A stretch of DNA of 64,000 nucleotides from Limnochordia bacterium (GCA_050951545.1 JBMNJG010000007.1:1-64000), one strand, 5' to 3'; counted from the stretch's first letter, positions 29,089 to 38,850 are shown. Notes: generated from the sequence alone by a model not told the origin. Made by a program: numbers and translations.

Positions 29089-30993
29089 ATGAGCCTCATC
29101 GTGGTTAAGGATGTCTGGAAGAGCTATGGGGGCGGCGATGTTTTGTGCGGGGTGAGCCTGGCGGTCTCACCCGGTGAATGCGTCGCGCTTTTAGGTAGGA
29201 ATGGTTGCGGCAAGAGTACGCTGCTGCATATTATCGCACGGCAGATACTGCCTGATCGCGGTTATGTGCAGTTGGCTGGGCGGGCACGCTTGGGGCTTTT
29301 GACGCAGCAGCTCAGCGATCTGGGGGCAGTGGATGTACTCACTGAGACGGCCAAGGGGCTGGGCGATCTGCTGGAGCTTGAGCAGCGGCTACACGAACTC
29401 ATGGCGAGCTTGGCTCACCGCGGGGATGATGCGCAGCTGTTGCGCCAATATGGGGCGGTAGAAGCTAGCTTTCGCGCTCGTGACGGTTACAGGTGGCAGC
29501 AGCGGGTGAAGGCGGTCCTGATGGGATTGGGTCTGGCGCAGGACGCTCTGCACCAGCCTGCGAATCTTCTCAGCGGGGGCGAACGCATGCGATTGGAACT
29601 GGCGCGTCTGCTCCTGCAAGAGCCGGATGTCCTTCTTCTCGATGAGCCAACCAATCATCTTGATCTAACCGCTACGCAGTGGCTCGAGGGCTTTCTGGCT
29701 TCCTACTCAGGTGCGTGCCTGGTGGTCTCTCACGACCGCACTTTCCTTGATGCAGTAGCCCAGCGTGTGATCGAGCTCGAGGACGGGCAAGCCACGGAGT
29801 ATCGAGGCAATTTCAGTGCATATAGCCAGCAGAAGGCGCAACGGCTACAAGAACGTAGGCAACAGGCACAGACCACGGAGTGGCAGGTGCGGCGCGATGA
29901 GGCACTCATCGCCCAGCTGCGCAGCATAGGCCAACACAAGGCAGCGGAAAGTCGTACCAAAGCTCTTGAGCGCCGGCGTCAAGCAGGTAGCTCGCCGCGC
30001 CGTGAAGAGAAGGGGCCTGCCATCGCCTTTGCTCAACCAGAGTGGACGAGCAGGCTCATCGCAGAAGGTAGCCAGGTAGTCAAAGCATATGGTCGCAGGC
30101 GAGTGCTCAATGGTGCCAGTTTCGAGATCGCAGGCGGTGAGCGGGTGGGGATCATCGGCCCCAACGGAGCGGGCAAGACCACGCTACTGCGACTTCTCGT
30201 AGGTGAGGAGCAACCCACATCAGGTACGATTCGCCTTGGATCATGGGTGCGCTTCGTCTATCTGGGTCAGGTAAAGGAGTTCGCGGATCCTGAGCACAGC
30301 GTACTTGAGGAGGTTCTGGCATGTGCGCCGCAGTTGAGTGAAGGTGCGGCTCGCAACCTTTTGGCCCGGTTTCTTTTCACCGCCGAGCGCGTCTGCCAAC
30401 GGATCGATTCGTTGAGCGGTGGCGAAAAGAGTCGACTCGCTGTGCTATGTGCCATGCAACAGGAACCACACTGCCTCATTCTTGACGAACCTACCAACCA
30501 TCTGGATGTGCCCAGTAGGGAGTGCCTAGAGGAAGCGCTTGCTGAGTTTCGGGGTACTGTCATTGCAGTCTCCCACGACCGTTTCTTCTTGAACCGCATC
30601 ACCACGCGGATCCTGGCACTACAGGACGGCAAACTGACCAGCTTTCCGGGTAACTACAACGCCTACCGGAAAGCCGTGGCGCTAGGATCCGGCTCGCCTA
30701 GCAAGAGACAGGGCGGGGCAGTCCGTTCTGTGGTGGTTACGGGCAAGCAGATGCGGTCTCGGAAAAAAAGCCAACAGGCGAAGGTCAGGGAATATAGCAG
30801 GGCTCGTTCCCTGGATCTGGACAAACAGATCTCAGCCACCCAGAAGCGCATTCAGGAGCTGGAGGCGCAGTTTCAGGAGCCCGATTTTTTCCGGCACCGC
30901 TCGTCGCATCAGGCCTTGGAGGAGCATCAGAACCTGGTGGAAGAGTTGGCCGCGCTTCTTGCAGCTACACAAGCCGAAGCTGAGAGGCCATGA
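29089..30993 (+). CDS. ABC-F family ATPase (ribosome-associated; possible antibiotic-protection type)
   Basis: Two NBDs (GRNGCGKS/LSGGE/LDEPTNHLD and GPNGAGKT/LSGGE/LDEPTNHLD), no TM segments, C-terminal coiled coil. Confidence 0.92.
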   Translation: MSLIVVKDVWKSYGGGDVLCGVSLAVSPGECVALLGRNGCGKSTLLHIIARQILPDRGYVQLAGRARLGLLTQQLSDLGAVDVLTETAKGLGDLLELEQRLHELMASLAHRGDDAQLLRQYGAVEASFRARDGYRWQQRVKAVLMGLGLAQDALHQPANLLSGGERMRLELARLLLQEPDVLLLDEPTNHLDLTATQWLEGFLASYSGACLVVSHDRTFLDAVAQRVIELEDGQATEYRGNFSAYSQQKAQRLQERRQQAQTTEWQVRRDEALIAQLRSIGQHKAAESRTKALERRRQAGSSPRREEKGPAIAFAQPEWTSRLIAEGSQVVKAYGRRRVLNGASFEIAGGERVGIIGPNGAGKTTLLRLLVGEEQPTSGTIRLGSWVRFVYLGQVKEFADPEHSVLEEVLACAPQLSEGAARNLLARFLFTAERVCQRIDSLSGGEKSRLAVLCAMQQEPHCLILDEPTNHLDVPSRECLEEALAEFRGTVIAVSHDRFFLNRITTRILALQDGKLTSFPGNYNAYRKAVALGSGSPSKRQGGAVRSVVVTGKQMRSRKKSQQAKVREYSRARSLDLDKQISATQKRIQELEAQFQEPDFFRHRSSHQALEEHQNLVEELAALLAATQAEAERP

Positions 30994-31218
30994 ACGAGGG
31001 GTCAGCCATTGCTCGCGTGGGTCACTGACTGGCCATGTTTTCGGCACGCTCATGCCCAGGAATCGGGGGTGGTTTTGCCGAAATGATGCAGGCACACTCG
31101 ACCCAACACAATGGCTGCCCCCAGGGCAGGAGGTCATCTCCTTTGCACATGAGGGTATGTTGCTCCCGTTGTGGCCGAAGTGAGTTCAGCAAAGGCGGTG
31201 TCAACGTTGGAGCGCCCT

Positions 31219-32361
31219 ATGTCAAAAGAGGACATTTGTATGCATTTTGGGGAGGATTATGAGCGGTATCTGGGGGCGGTCATCCCACCGATCTTCCAGA
31301 CCACCCTGTTTACTCACAGAGGCCAGCCGCCCTCTGATGCGTACTCCTACACCAGAACCTCTAACCCCACCACGGAGATTGCGGAGTGCAAGATAGCGGC
31401 TCTGGAAGGGGGAGATAAGGCTCTTTGCTTCTCCTCCGGTATGGCCGCGATCACCTCGGCAATCCTCCACTGGGTAGGGGCTGGCAGCCATGTTATCTCC
31501 ATCAAGAATGTCTATGGGCCTGCCAACAGGTTTCTCGCATCGTATCTACGGAACTTCGGGGTTGAAACCACTTATGTGGCGGGCGAAGACGTCGATGCGT
31601 TTGCGGCGGCGATCAGACCTAACACCAAGCTCATCTACCTTGAGAGCCCGTCATCTTTGGTCTTCTCGATGCAGGACCTCGCAGCAGTAGCCGATCTGGC
31701 CAGGGCGCATCATGTCGCCACCGTGATCGACAACTCATGGGCTACGCCGATGTTCCAAAACCCCATCGCTCTAGGCATCGACATGGTAGTTCACTCGGCT
31801 ACCAAATACCTGGGGGGCCATAGCGACATCATCGCAGGTGCTATTGTGGGTCAGCAAGAGCAGATGGAGCAGATAGCTAGCAACGAACGCTCGCTGTTGG
31901 GTGGCATCATGGACCCACACCAGTCATGGTTGCTCATCCGAGGCATGAGAACCTTGCCTGTGCGCCTCAAACAGCATCAGGAAAACGCGATGCAGGTCGC
32001 TCGGTTTCTTGAGGAGCATCCCAAGGTAGAACGGGTGTTGTACCCCGGCTTGCCCAGCCATCCTCAGTATGATCTGGGCAGAAAACAGATGAGTGGGTAC
32101 AGCGCCCTGCTCAGTTTCGTCCCCAAGGGGACCGATAGGGAGATCGCCAGCATGGTCGATGCTCTGCGCTACTTTCAGAAGGGGCCGAGTTGGGGAGGCT
32201 TTGAAAGCTTGGTGTCACCAGCGGGCGTGGGACTGAGCGAAGAGGAGTCCCTACAGCGGGGCATTCCCCAAGGTCTCGTGCGCATACATGTCGGTTTGGA
32301 GAATGTGTCCACCCTCATGGAGGATCTGGATAGGGCGCTTCGCTTAGTAGGAGTGGCTTAG
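31219..32361 (+). CDS. PLP-dependent trans-sulfuration enzyme (cystathionine/methionine gamma-lyase family)
   Basis: YTRTSNPT, FSSGMAAI, DNSWATP, HSATKYLGGHSD, SWGGFESL, GLVRIHVGLE. Confidence 0.9.
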   Translation: MSKEDICMHFGEDYERYLGAVIPPIFQTTLFTHRGQPPSDAYSYTRTSNPTTEIAECKIAALEGGDKALCFSSGMAAITSAILHWVGAGSHVISIKNVYGPANRFLASYLRNFGVETTYVAGEDVDAFAAAIRPNTKLIYLESPSSLVFSMQDLAAVADLARAHHVATVIDNSWATPMFQNPIALGIDMVVHSATKYLGGHSDIIAGAIVGQQEQMEQIASNERSLLGGIMDPHQSWLLIRGMRTLPVRLKQHQENAMQVARFLEEHPKVERVLYPGLPSHPQYDLGRKQMSGYSALLSFVPKGTDREIASMVDALRYFQKGPSWGGFESLVSPAGVGLSEEESLQRGIPQGLVRIHVGLENVSTLMEDLDRALRLVGVA

Positions 32362-32660
32362 GGCAAGGGATCCCGCCCTTGCAGCAGACATTGGTGGACT
32401 CGACCCAGATGCGGGTGTAGTGATCTGGTGATCTGGGCCGTACGCTGTACGGCGGCGGCCCCAACCATCGACCGACAACAGCGGGCCAGTGCCGCCTTAC
32501 CCAATGACCCGCTAAGTTTGCGAGTGGGGGTCGGGAGCCACTTCCATAGGCAGACTCCTCGCGGCTGGCCTAAGATGCCCCAGAGCCACACTAGGTCGCC
32601 CAATAGCTGGTGCCCTCGGCAGCCAGACGCCTTTCTCCACCTGATTGATCCCCCGGCAGC

Positions 32661-32717
32661 GATGAAACCAGCGAGCATCGGCCGCTTTTTGCCGAGTTGG
32701 GTGATGTAACCAGCCTG
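32661..32717 (+). repeat. Single diverged copy of the repeat found at 34227-34645
   Basis: 45/57 nt identical to 34227-34283 by manual alignment, same orientation. Confidence 0.8.
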
Positions 32718-32844
32718 TGCATCGCCCACGACGGCCTAGCACTGTTCTACCCTGATGCCCCCATTACGACCGGAAAACGTGCCATCGCGCCTCGCTTTGA
32801 AGAGCTGGGTTCACGCCCCTATGCGTTTTGTCTGAATCGACCTT

Positions 32845-33951
32845 TTGATGAAGGGACTCTACCGGAGTGTGTCGAACATGTATTCGGGAACCGAACAGAC
32901 ATTCTGGCTGGAGGTGGCACCCTTGGATATCGAAGAGGTTCGCGTGCCGATCTCGTTGCTGCTCACTAGCCAGTTAAGAGCGACGGATAAGGTAGTCTGG
33001 CTGGCCCTCACACTCGACGCTGAGTTGGGGGAGCGAGCTCGTCTGTCGCCCACTCGCTTGGCTGCTCGTACCGGTTTGTCCCGACCCACCGTCCGCAAGG
33101 CTACGACAAGGCTAACCACTGAGGGCTGGTATAACCTGCCCACAGGCGTCAACCAGGCCCCAGCAAAAGAGCTGTCGGGACCAAGGGTGGTCATGCCTAC
33201 TGAGCTGATCATTGCCACCGAAGTCAGTGCTCAGGCCAAGGTGGTCTATGGTGCACTGCAGGCCACGCTCGATTACCGTAATCTGCAGGGCGTGTTCACA
33301 TATGCATCTGTGGCCCGGATGATGAGTCTAGACGCCAAGACGGTCAAGCGGGCCGCTCGACAACTGGCCAAGCTGGGCTGGCTGGAGATGCAGCAAGAGC
33401 ACAAGCAGGCTCCCATTTGCTTCAGCCTCTGCAACCCAGTCGCCCGCAGGTACATGGATGAACTGCTAGCGGCGCAGCAGCGACTCGACGAGGCTGAGTT
33501 CTTCGGACAGGCCTTGATGCAGGAATACCTATCGGCTATTTTCGACTCCGATGACCACAAAGACAACGCGTCTCCCCGTTTTCTAGTCAACCCGGCTACT
33601 GGCATGTTACTGGAGCTCGACCGCCACTATGACCTCGAGGCGGTGGCTTTTGAGTTTAACGGGCCACAACACTACACCCCTACCAAACGGTTCTCGGCTG
33701 ACGTGGTCGCCAAGCAGATGGAACGTGACAAGACCAAGCGTGAATTGTGTGAGAAGAACAAAGTCACGTTGGTTGTGATCCATGCCAAGGACCTGTCCTG
33801 GCTCACCATGAAGTTCAAGGCCGGCCAACTGCTGCCGTTGCGAAGCGACCTTAACAAGAAACTCCTCAGGTACCTCGATCTGAGGAGTCGCTTCTACCGC
33901 GAGACGGCTAAGGGTGGCTGGGCGCCCACCAGTGACGCTGCCAGCGAGTAG
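32845..33951 (+). CDS. Tandem winged-HTH protein with C-terminal Vsr/DUF559-like PD-(D/E)XK nuclease domain
   Basis: Two internal repeats (VPISLL..ATDKVVWLAL..RLAARTGLSRPTVRKA and MPTELI..AQAKVVYGAL..VARMMSLDAKTVKRA); LELDRHYDLEAVAFEFNGPQHY..RDKTKRELC..VTLVVI. Confidence 0.72.
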   Translation: MMKGLYRSVSNMYSGTEQTFWLEVAPLDIEEVRVPISLLLTSQLRATDKVVWLALTLDAELGERARLSPTRLAARTGLSRPTVRKATTRLTTEGWYNLPTGVNQAPAKELSGPRVVMPTELIIATEVSAQAKVVYGALQATLDYRNLQGVFTYASVARMMSLDAKTVKRAARQLAKLGWLEMQQEHKQAPICFSLCNPVARRYMDELLAAQQRLDEAEFFGQALMQEYLSAIFDSDDHKDNASPRFLVNPATGMLLELDRHYDLEAVAFEFNGPQHYTPTKRFSADVVAKQMERDKTKRELCEKNKVTLVVIHAKDLSWLTMKFKAGQLLPLRSDLNKKLLRYLDLRSRFYRETAKGGWAPTSDAASE

Positions 33952-34226
33952 CCAACGGCGACGAAGAGTGCGCCATAGCCTCGAATCATCTCTCCCCCTT
34001 CACCGATAGGGGTCTCAGCAACCTCTCGCTGCCGCTCGCTAAAGCGGGTGTCGCTATGCCCTCGCCAGGTGCCCTCGGCACGAGTCGTGACAATAGCAGA
34101 CCCGTGGTGCGCCAACGGGCGCTGCGCTTCCTGCTGTAACCGCCTCGAAATCACAATGTTCCGCCCAATAGCTATTTGCCTTGCCCAGAGCCCGCCTCGT
34201 CGCCTGGTCGGCCTCCTGTGATCGAA

Positions 34227-34645
34227 GATGAGACTGGCCAGCAACGGCCCCTTCTTGCCGATTTGGGCAATGTAACCGACCTGCGCCCCGACCCGGACCC
34301 CGACCCGGACCCCGACTCACCAGCCGGGTCCGGGACTGACGGAAGCGAAATCGATGGGCATCGCCCCCTTCTTGCCGATTTGGGCAATGTAACCGACCTG
34401 CGCCCCGACCGACCAGCCGGGTCCGGGACTGACGGAAGTGAAATCGATGGGCATCGCCCCCTTCTTGCCGATTTGGGCAATGTAACCGACCTGCGCCCCG
34501 ACCCGGACCCCGACCCGGCCCCGACCCGGACCCCGACCCGGACCCCGACCCGGACCCCGACTCACCAGCCGGGTCCGGGACTGACGGAAGCGAAACCAGT
34601 GAGCATCGCCCCCTTCTTGCCAAATCAGGCGATGTAACCGACCCG
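34227..34645 (+). repeat. Composite tandem array: four copies of a ~50-bp core, joined by a ~40-bp constant linker with 2, 0 and 5 copies of CCGGACCCCGAC
   Basis: Core CCCCTTCTTGCCGATTTGGGCAATGTAACCGACCTGCGCCCCGAC exact three times and degenerate a fourth time; linker CCAGCCGGGTCCGGGACTGACGGAAG three times. Confidence 0.92.
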
Positions 34646-34824
34646 GGCCTCGAGCCGGGCCCCGACCTGTGCCCCGGTAACGTGAAGCTTGTCAGGTACC
34701 TAGAACGGTTGATCTTTCTGCTACAAGGGAGGAAGTGTACGTTACATGCGTAACCTCAGTGTAAGCGAGAGACTTCGCGGCAGGGCCGCATTTCGGACCT
34801 AAGCCGCAGTATAGAACGGGGGCC

Positions 34825-36210
34825 ATGCCCATGGCTGTAGCGGACCTAAGACCGTACGCGGCACTCTTAACGGGGTACACCGAATTACGGCTACAGGAGA
34901 ACAGGTCAACTGGTGTGTCTTTTCTCAACGGTAGTAACACCGGTAACTCGCGCAGTAGCTCACGCGGGGTATCTGCTCGCGTCTACCGAAACGGCTCATG
35001 GGGCTTTGCATCTAGCCCAGATCCCAACGATGAGAGCATTAGGGCCGTCATCCGGTTAGCTCAGGATAATGCCGCCTTTCTTCACTCGCGGGGCGATCGG
35101 GACCGGGGGCCCTTGCCTTTCACGACAGCCAACGCAGAAAGCGACTTTTCTACGACGAGATCTAGATTTGCGCAGAAGGACTTGCTCGCTTTCGGCAAGG
35201 AAGCCGATAGCTACATTGCGGAGAAGTACCCGGATCTGACGAGTAGGACCGTCCATTTGAGTAGCCTTGAAATGGAAAAAACGGCACTTAACTCGGAGGG
35301 TTCTTGCTTTCACTCGCTTACACCCAGAAGCTATGTCTACATCCGTCTGGCCACACAGGCTGACGATGGGCCGGTGGAGGTGGGTGATCTCATCGGAGGA
35401 CTAGGCCAGTTTGAGGATACTCTTCCCTCGCCTGGGGACCTGCACGAGATGGTGGACCAGCTTTATGAGCACCTGATGCGCAAGAGGGAGGGTGTATTTG
35501 CCGAGGCCGGGGAAAAGATCTGTATTCTCGATGCCAAACTGGGTGGCATCTTGGCGCACGAGGCCATTGGGCACACAACTGAGGCAGATCTGGTACTCTC
35601 CGGGTCGGTGGCTGGTCGCCTGCTGAATCAGGAAGTGGCCAGCCCCTTGGTAACCTTGGTTGATTTTGCCCATACGGCGTTTGGCGAGGTGTGTCCCGTA
35701 CCAGTGTACGTTGACGACGAGGGCACGGTTGCCCAGGACGTCACCATTATTGAGCACGGTGTGCTCAAAGGCTTCATGCACAACAAGGAGTCGGCACGAT
35801 TGTTTGGCGTGGCCCCTACCGGCAACGCCAGAGCTTATACCTTCGCCGATGAGCCCCTTATCAGGATGCGCAATACAGCCATTGTTCCAGGCGCCAGCAA
35901 GCTGGACGACATGATCGCCTCTGTTGACGACGGCTACTATCTCATTCAGGCCAGTAACGGCCAAGCGGACTCCACGAGCGAGTTCATGTTCGGCGTTGTG
36001 CTGGGATATGAGATCAAGAATGGCAAACTGGGCAAGGCGCTCCGGGATACCACCATCTCTGGGGTGGCCTACGACGTGCTGAAGACGGTCACCATGGTCT
36101 CGGACCAGCTCTGGTGGAGCAATGGCGGCATGTGCGGCAAGAAACAGGCTATCCCAGTTGGCATGGGCGGACCGGCCATCAGGTGTCAGATCACTCTAGG
36201 AGGGCGATAA
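34825..36210 (+). CDS. tldD: TldD metalloprotease
   Basis: GVSARV, LAHEAIGHTTEAD, DDEG, TGNARA, IRMRNT, CGKKQAIPVGMGGP. Confidence 0.88.
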   Translation: MPMAVADLRPYAALLTGYTELRLQENRSTGVSFLNGSNTGNSRSSSRGVSARVYRNGSWGFASSPDPNDESIRAVIRLAQDNAAFLHSRGDRDRGPLPFTTANAESDFSTTRSRFAQKDLLAFGKEADSYIAEKYPDLTSRTVHLSSLEMEKTALNSEGSCFHSLTPRSYVYIRLATQADDGPVEVGDLIGGLGQFEDTLPSPGDLHEMVDQLYEHLMRKREGVFAEAGEKICILDAKLGGILAHEAIGHTTEADLVLSGSVAGRLLNQEVASPLVTLVDFAHTAFGEVCPVPVYVDDEGTVAQDVTIIEHGVLKGFMHNKESARLFGVAPTGNARAYTFADEPLIRMRNTAIVPGASKLDDMIASVDDGYYLIQASNGQADSTSEFMFGVVLGYEIKNGKLGKALRDTTISGVAYDVLKTVTMVSDQLWWSNGGMCGKKQAIPVGMGGPAIRCQITLGGR

Positions 36211-36212
36211 TC

Positions 36213-37508
36213 ATGAACCGTCACGATGAAGCCGCTCATCTGGCGCTTGGTGCACTGCTGAAGGCCGGGGCTGATAAGGCTAGCTGTGGGGTGAGTACAT
36301 CCACCACGCATGAGTTAAACGTGGAACGGGCAGAGATAGGCCTGCTACGCACGACGATGGACGTCGGGGTGCACCTGATGGCCATTAAGGACCAGAAAAA
36401 GGGGAGCATGAACCTCAACAGTCTGGAGCAACCAGCCATAGACCAAGGGGTTGCAGACACCCTCGCCATGGCAGCGGCATCTCAGCCTGACCCGGCCTTC
36501 GACATCGCCGAGGCTCAGGAGCCAGCTCGCTTCGAGTCTGGGAGCAGCGAACCTGATCTGGACGGGATGTATGATCGGGTCAAGGAGTTCTTGGCTGCAG
36601 TGGCGGCCAAGTACCCTAGCGTAATGCTGCGCCAGGCCTACCTAAGCTTCGGGCACCGCAACATGAGCCTAGTCAACTCCAACGGGATCCACTTTCAGAC
36701 CGCCCAGGGGACCTACCACTTCACGGCCCTGTTTTCGGGGCGGGAAGGCGACGATGTCTCCTCGTTTAACTACACCGGATTCTCGATGCGTGACTTGGAG
36801 CGGAAACTGTTGGAGTGTGGATCGCTGGATACCATGCTGCGTCAAGCTACGGAGCAAGTGCGTACGCGCCCGGTGCAGGGCAAGTTCACAGGGGATCTGG
36901 TCATTGCACCGGATTGCCTGGGTACCTTAATCGGCTTTCTCACCGGGCCGCTGACTGATGGGCCACTTATCTCCGGCACCAGCCTCTACAAGGACAGTCT
37001 GGGCGAGGAGATTGCTAGTCCTCAGTTTACGCTTCATTCCCGGCCAGTCTCTTCTGAGATCGCTAGCGGGTATTTTGTCACGGGTGACGGATATGCTGCC
37101 GAGAACAGTACGATCATTGACCGCGGCGTTCTCCGGACTTATTTGCTCAGCCTGTACGGTGCCAACAAGACGGGCCGGCAAAGAGCGCCGAACAGAGGCG
37201 GCGCTTATGTAGTTGAGCCGGGCGATATCTCCTTAGAGGGCCTGATCGGCCAGGTGAAGCAAGGGGTGCTGTTGACTCGCTTCTCAGGTGGGTCACCTAG
37301 CTCTAACGGCGACTTTTCTGGTGTCGCCAAGAACAGCTACTACATCGAAGACGGAAGAATTGCCTATCCTATTAGGGAGACAATGGTGTCTGGCAATTTC
37401 GCGGAGGCTGTCCGCAACTTGACGGCGATTTCCAAAGAGCGAGTGGACTACGGTTCGGCTATTCTACCTTGGGTTTCGATGCCAGGCATCACCATTTCGG
37501 GCAGGTAG
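36213..37508 (+). CDS. pmbA: PmbA/TldE partner subunit
   Basis: Follows tldD, lacks HExxxH; NGDFSG, YPIRETMVSGN. Confidence 0.85.
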   Translation: MNRHDEAAHLALGALLKAGADKASCGVSTSTTHELNVERAEIGLLRTTMDVGVHLMAIKDQKKGSMNLNSLEQPAIDQGVADTLAMAAASQPDPAFDIAEAQEPARFESGSSEPDLDGMYDRVKEFLAAVAAKYPSVMLRQAYLSFGHRNMSLVNSNGIHFQTAQGTYHFTALFSGREGDDVSSFNYTGFSMRDLERKLLECGSLDTMLRQATEQVRTRPVQGKFTGDLVIAPDCLGTLIGFLTGPLTDGPLISGTSLYKDSLGEEIASPQFTLHSRPVSSEIASGYFVTGDGYAAENSTIIDRGVLRTYLLSLYGANKTGRQRAPNRGGAYVVEPGDISLEGLIGQVKQGVLLTRFSGGSPSSNGDFSGVAKNSYYIEDGRIAYPIRETMVSGNFAEAVRNLTAISKERVDYGSAILPWVSMPGITISGR

Positions 37509-37538
37509 GAGCCGCACCTCACCCTCAGTGCAGTGTGG

Positions 37539-37567
37539 TTGCCTGTGTTGTCCAATCGTGATATACT
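37539..37567 (+). promoter_or_regulatory. Sigma-A promoter of the rpsF operon
   Basis: TTGCCT-N17-TATACT with an extended TG. Confidence 0.7.
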
Positions 37568-37571
37568 TTGG

Positions 37572-37626
37572 CGTAACCCTGCTCCAGGGTGGCGCCTGGG
37601 GCCGTCATGTCCAGAGGGAGGAGGTG
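37572..37626 (+). promoter_or_regulatory. S6:S18 ribosomal-protein autoregulatory leader
   Basis: CCCTGCTCCAGG..CCTGGGGCCG..AGGGAGG stem with the CCG motif, sequestering the rpsF RBS. Confidence 0.65.
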
Positions 37627-37634
37627 TGCCAACG

Positions 37635-37928
37635 GTGCGTCCTTACGAAGTGGTGACCATTTACAACCCTGGTCTAGAAAGTGAAGAAGCCTACGACGCT
37701 CAGATCGAGCGCTTTGCGTCTCTTATCGCCAATGAAGGCGGCGAGCTCGTCAATGTGGAGAAGTGGGGTAGGCGGCGGCTCGCTTACGAGATTGCAGGAC
37801 TAACCGAGGGCTACTATGTGATGATGCGGTTCAACGCGGAGCCAGCAGTGGCTGGCGAGCTTGAGCGCGTCATGAAGATCACTGATACAGTAGTCCGGCA
37901 CCTGTTGGTTCGGCTGGAGGAAAACTAG
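37635..37928 (+). CDS. rpsF: 30S ribosomal protein S6
   Basis: RPYEVVTI, WGRRRLAYEI, VVRHLLV. Confidence 0.96.
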   Translation: MRPYEVVTIYNPGLESEEAYDAQIERFASLIANEGGELVNVEKWGRRRLAYEIAGLTEGYYVMMRFNAEPAVAGELERVMKITDTVVRHLLVRLEEN

Positions 37929-37967
37929 GCCCCGGGCGCAAGTATTCCACGGGGAGTGTGATTCAGC

Positions 37968-38360
37968 ATGCTGAACAGAATAGTGCTCATTGGGCGATTG
38001 GTTGCGGACCCACAATTGCGTTATACCCACAGCGGTGTAGCGGTTGCGAATATGCGAATCGCCGTAGACAGGCCTTTCACGAACCAACAGGGCGAACGAG
38101 AGACTGATTTCATTGACATAGTCTGTTGGCGCAAACTGGGGGAAACTGTGGCCAATCATCTCACCAAGGGTCGGCTGATCGCCGTCGATGGACGGCTTCA
38201 GATTCGGCAGTATGAGTGGGAAGGTCAGAAACGTCAGGCCGCAGAGGTGTATGCAGATGACGTGCGCTTCCTCGATAGCAAACGCGATGCTGGCGGCGCG
38301 CCACCTGCTGGCGCACCTGGCGATTTCCCAGAGCCAGGTATTGATGAGGTCCCGTTCTGA
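37968..38360 (+). CDS. ssb: Single-stranded DNA-binding protein
   Basis: MLNRIVLIGRLVADP, ETDFIDIVCW, acidic tail DEVPF. Confidence 0.96.
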   Translation: MLNRIVLIGRLVADPQLRYTHSGVAVANMRIAVDRPFTNQQGERETDFIDIVCWRKLGETVANHLTKGRLIAVDGRLQIRQYEWEGQKRQAAEVYADDVRFLDSKRDAGGAPPAGAPGDFPEPGIDEVPF

Positions 38361-38406
38361 TGGATCGTAGAGGCTAGTGCGGCGCTTGTCATGAGGAGGG
38401 TTCATT

Positions 38407-38634
38407 TTGGCAAGAGAGCGCGGCAGGAAGCGCAGGAAGGTTTGTAGCTTCTGCGTGGATAAGGTAACAGCAATTGATTACAAAGAGGTAGGGCGGCTGC
38501 GCCGTTTCTTGACGGAGCGCGGGAAGATTCTTCCTCGTCGCATCTCGGGAAACTGTGCAGGTCATCAAAGACAGCTTACGCAGGCTATCAAGCGGGCGAG
38601 GCAACTGGCCATGCTGCCTTACTCTGCGGACTAA
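38407..38634 (+). CDS. rpsR: 30S ribosomal protein S18 (Zn-binding form)
   Basis: [28 protein letters not shown]. Confidence 0.96.
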   Translation: MARERGRKRRKVCSFCVDKVTAIDYKEVGRLRRFLTERGKILPRRISGNCAGHQRQLTQAIKRARQLAMLPYSAD

Positions 38635-38850
38635 CTGGTGACGAACGAGCCTCTTTCCACAAAGAGTACTGTCGGCACCGTGAACGCACGGTACCGACGG
38701 TGGTTGGCAAACGGGCTGCAATAGCGGCCCGTTCGTCGTCGCTGACGGGGTCTTCTCACTGCCTGAATGCACTAGGTGTGGATGAGGCAGGACAAGGCTC
38801 TTGTTTCGAGGAACTGATGCCGAGGCAATAATAGCGCGAGGGTGGGCCGT

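Noticed and set aside
34054-34623. Minus-strand ORFs with GS/PGRG repeats
   Set aside because: They are by-products of the GC-rich tandem repeat, with no RBS or family signature
34227-34645. CRISPR array
   Set aside because: The inter-repeat segments are near-identical rather than unique spacers, unit lengths vary by 12-mer copy number, and no cas genes are present
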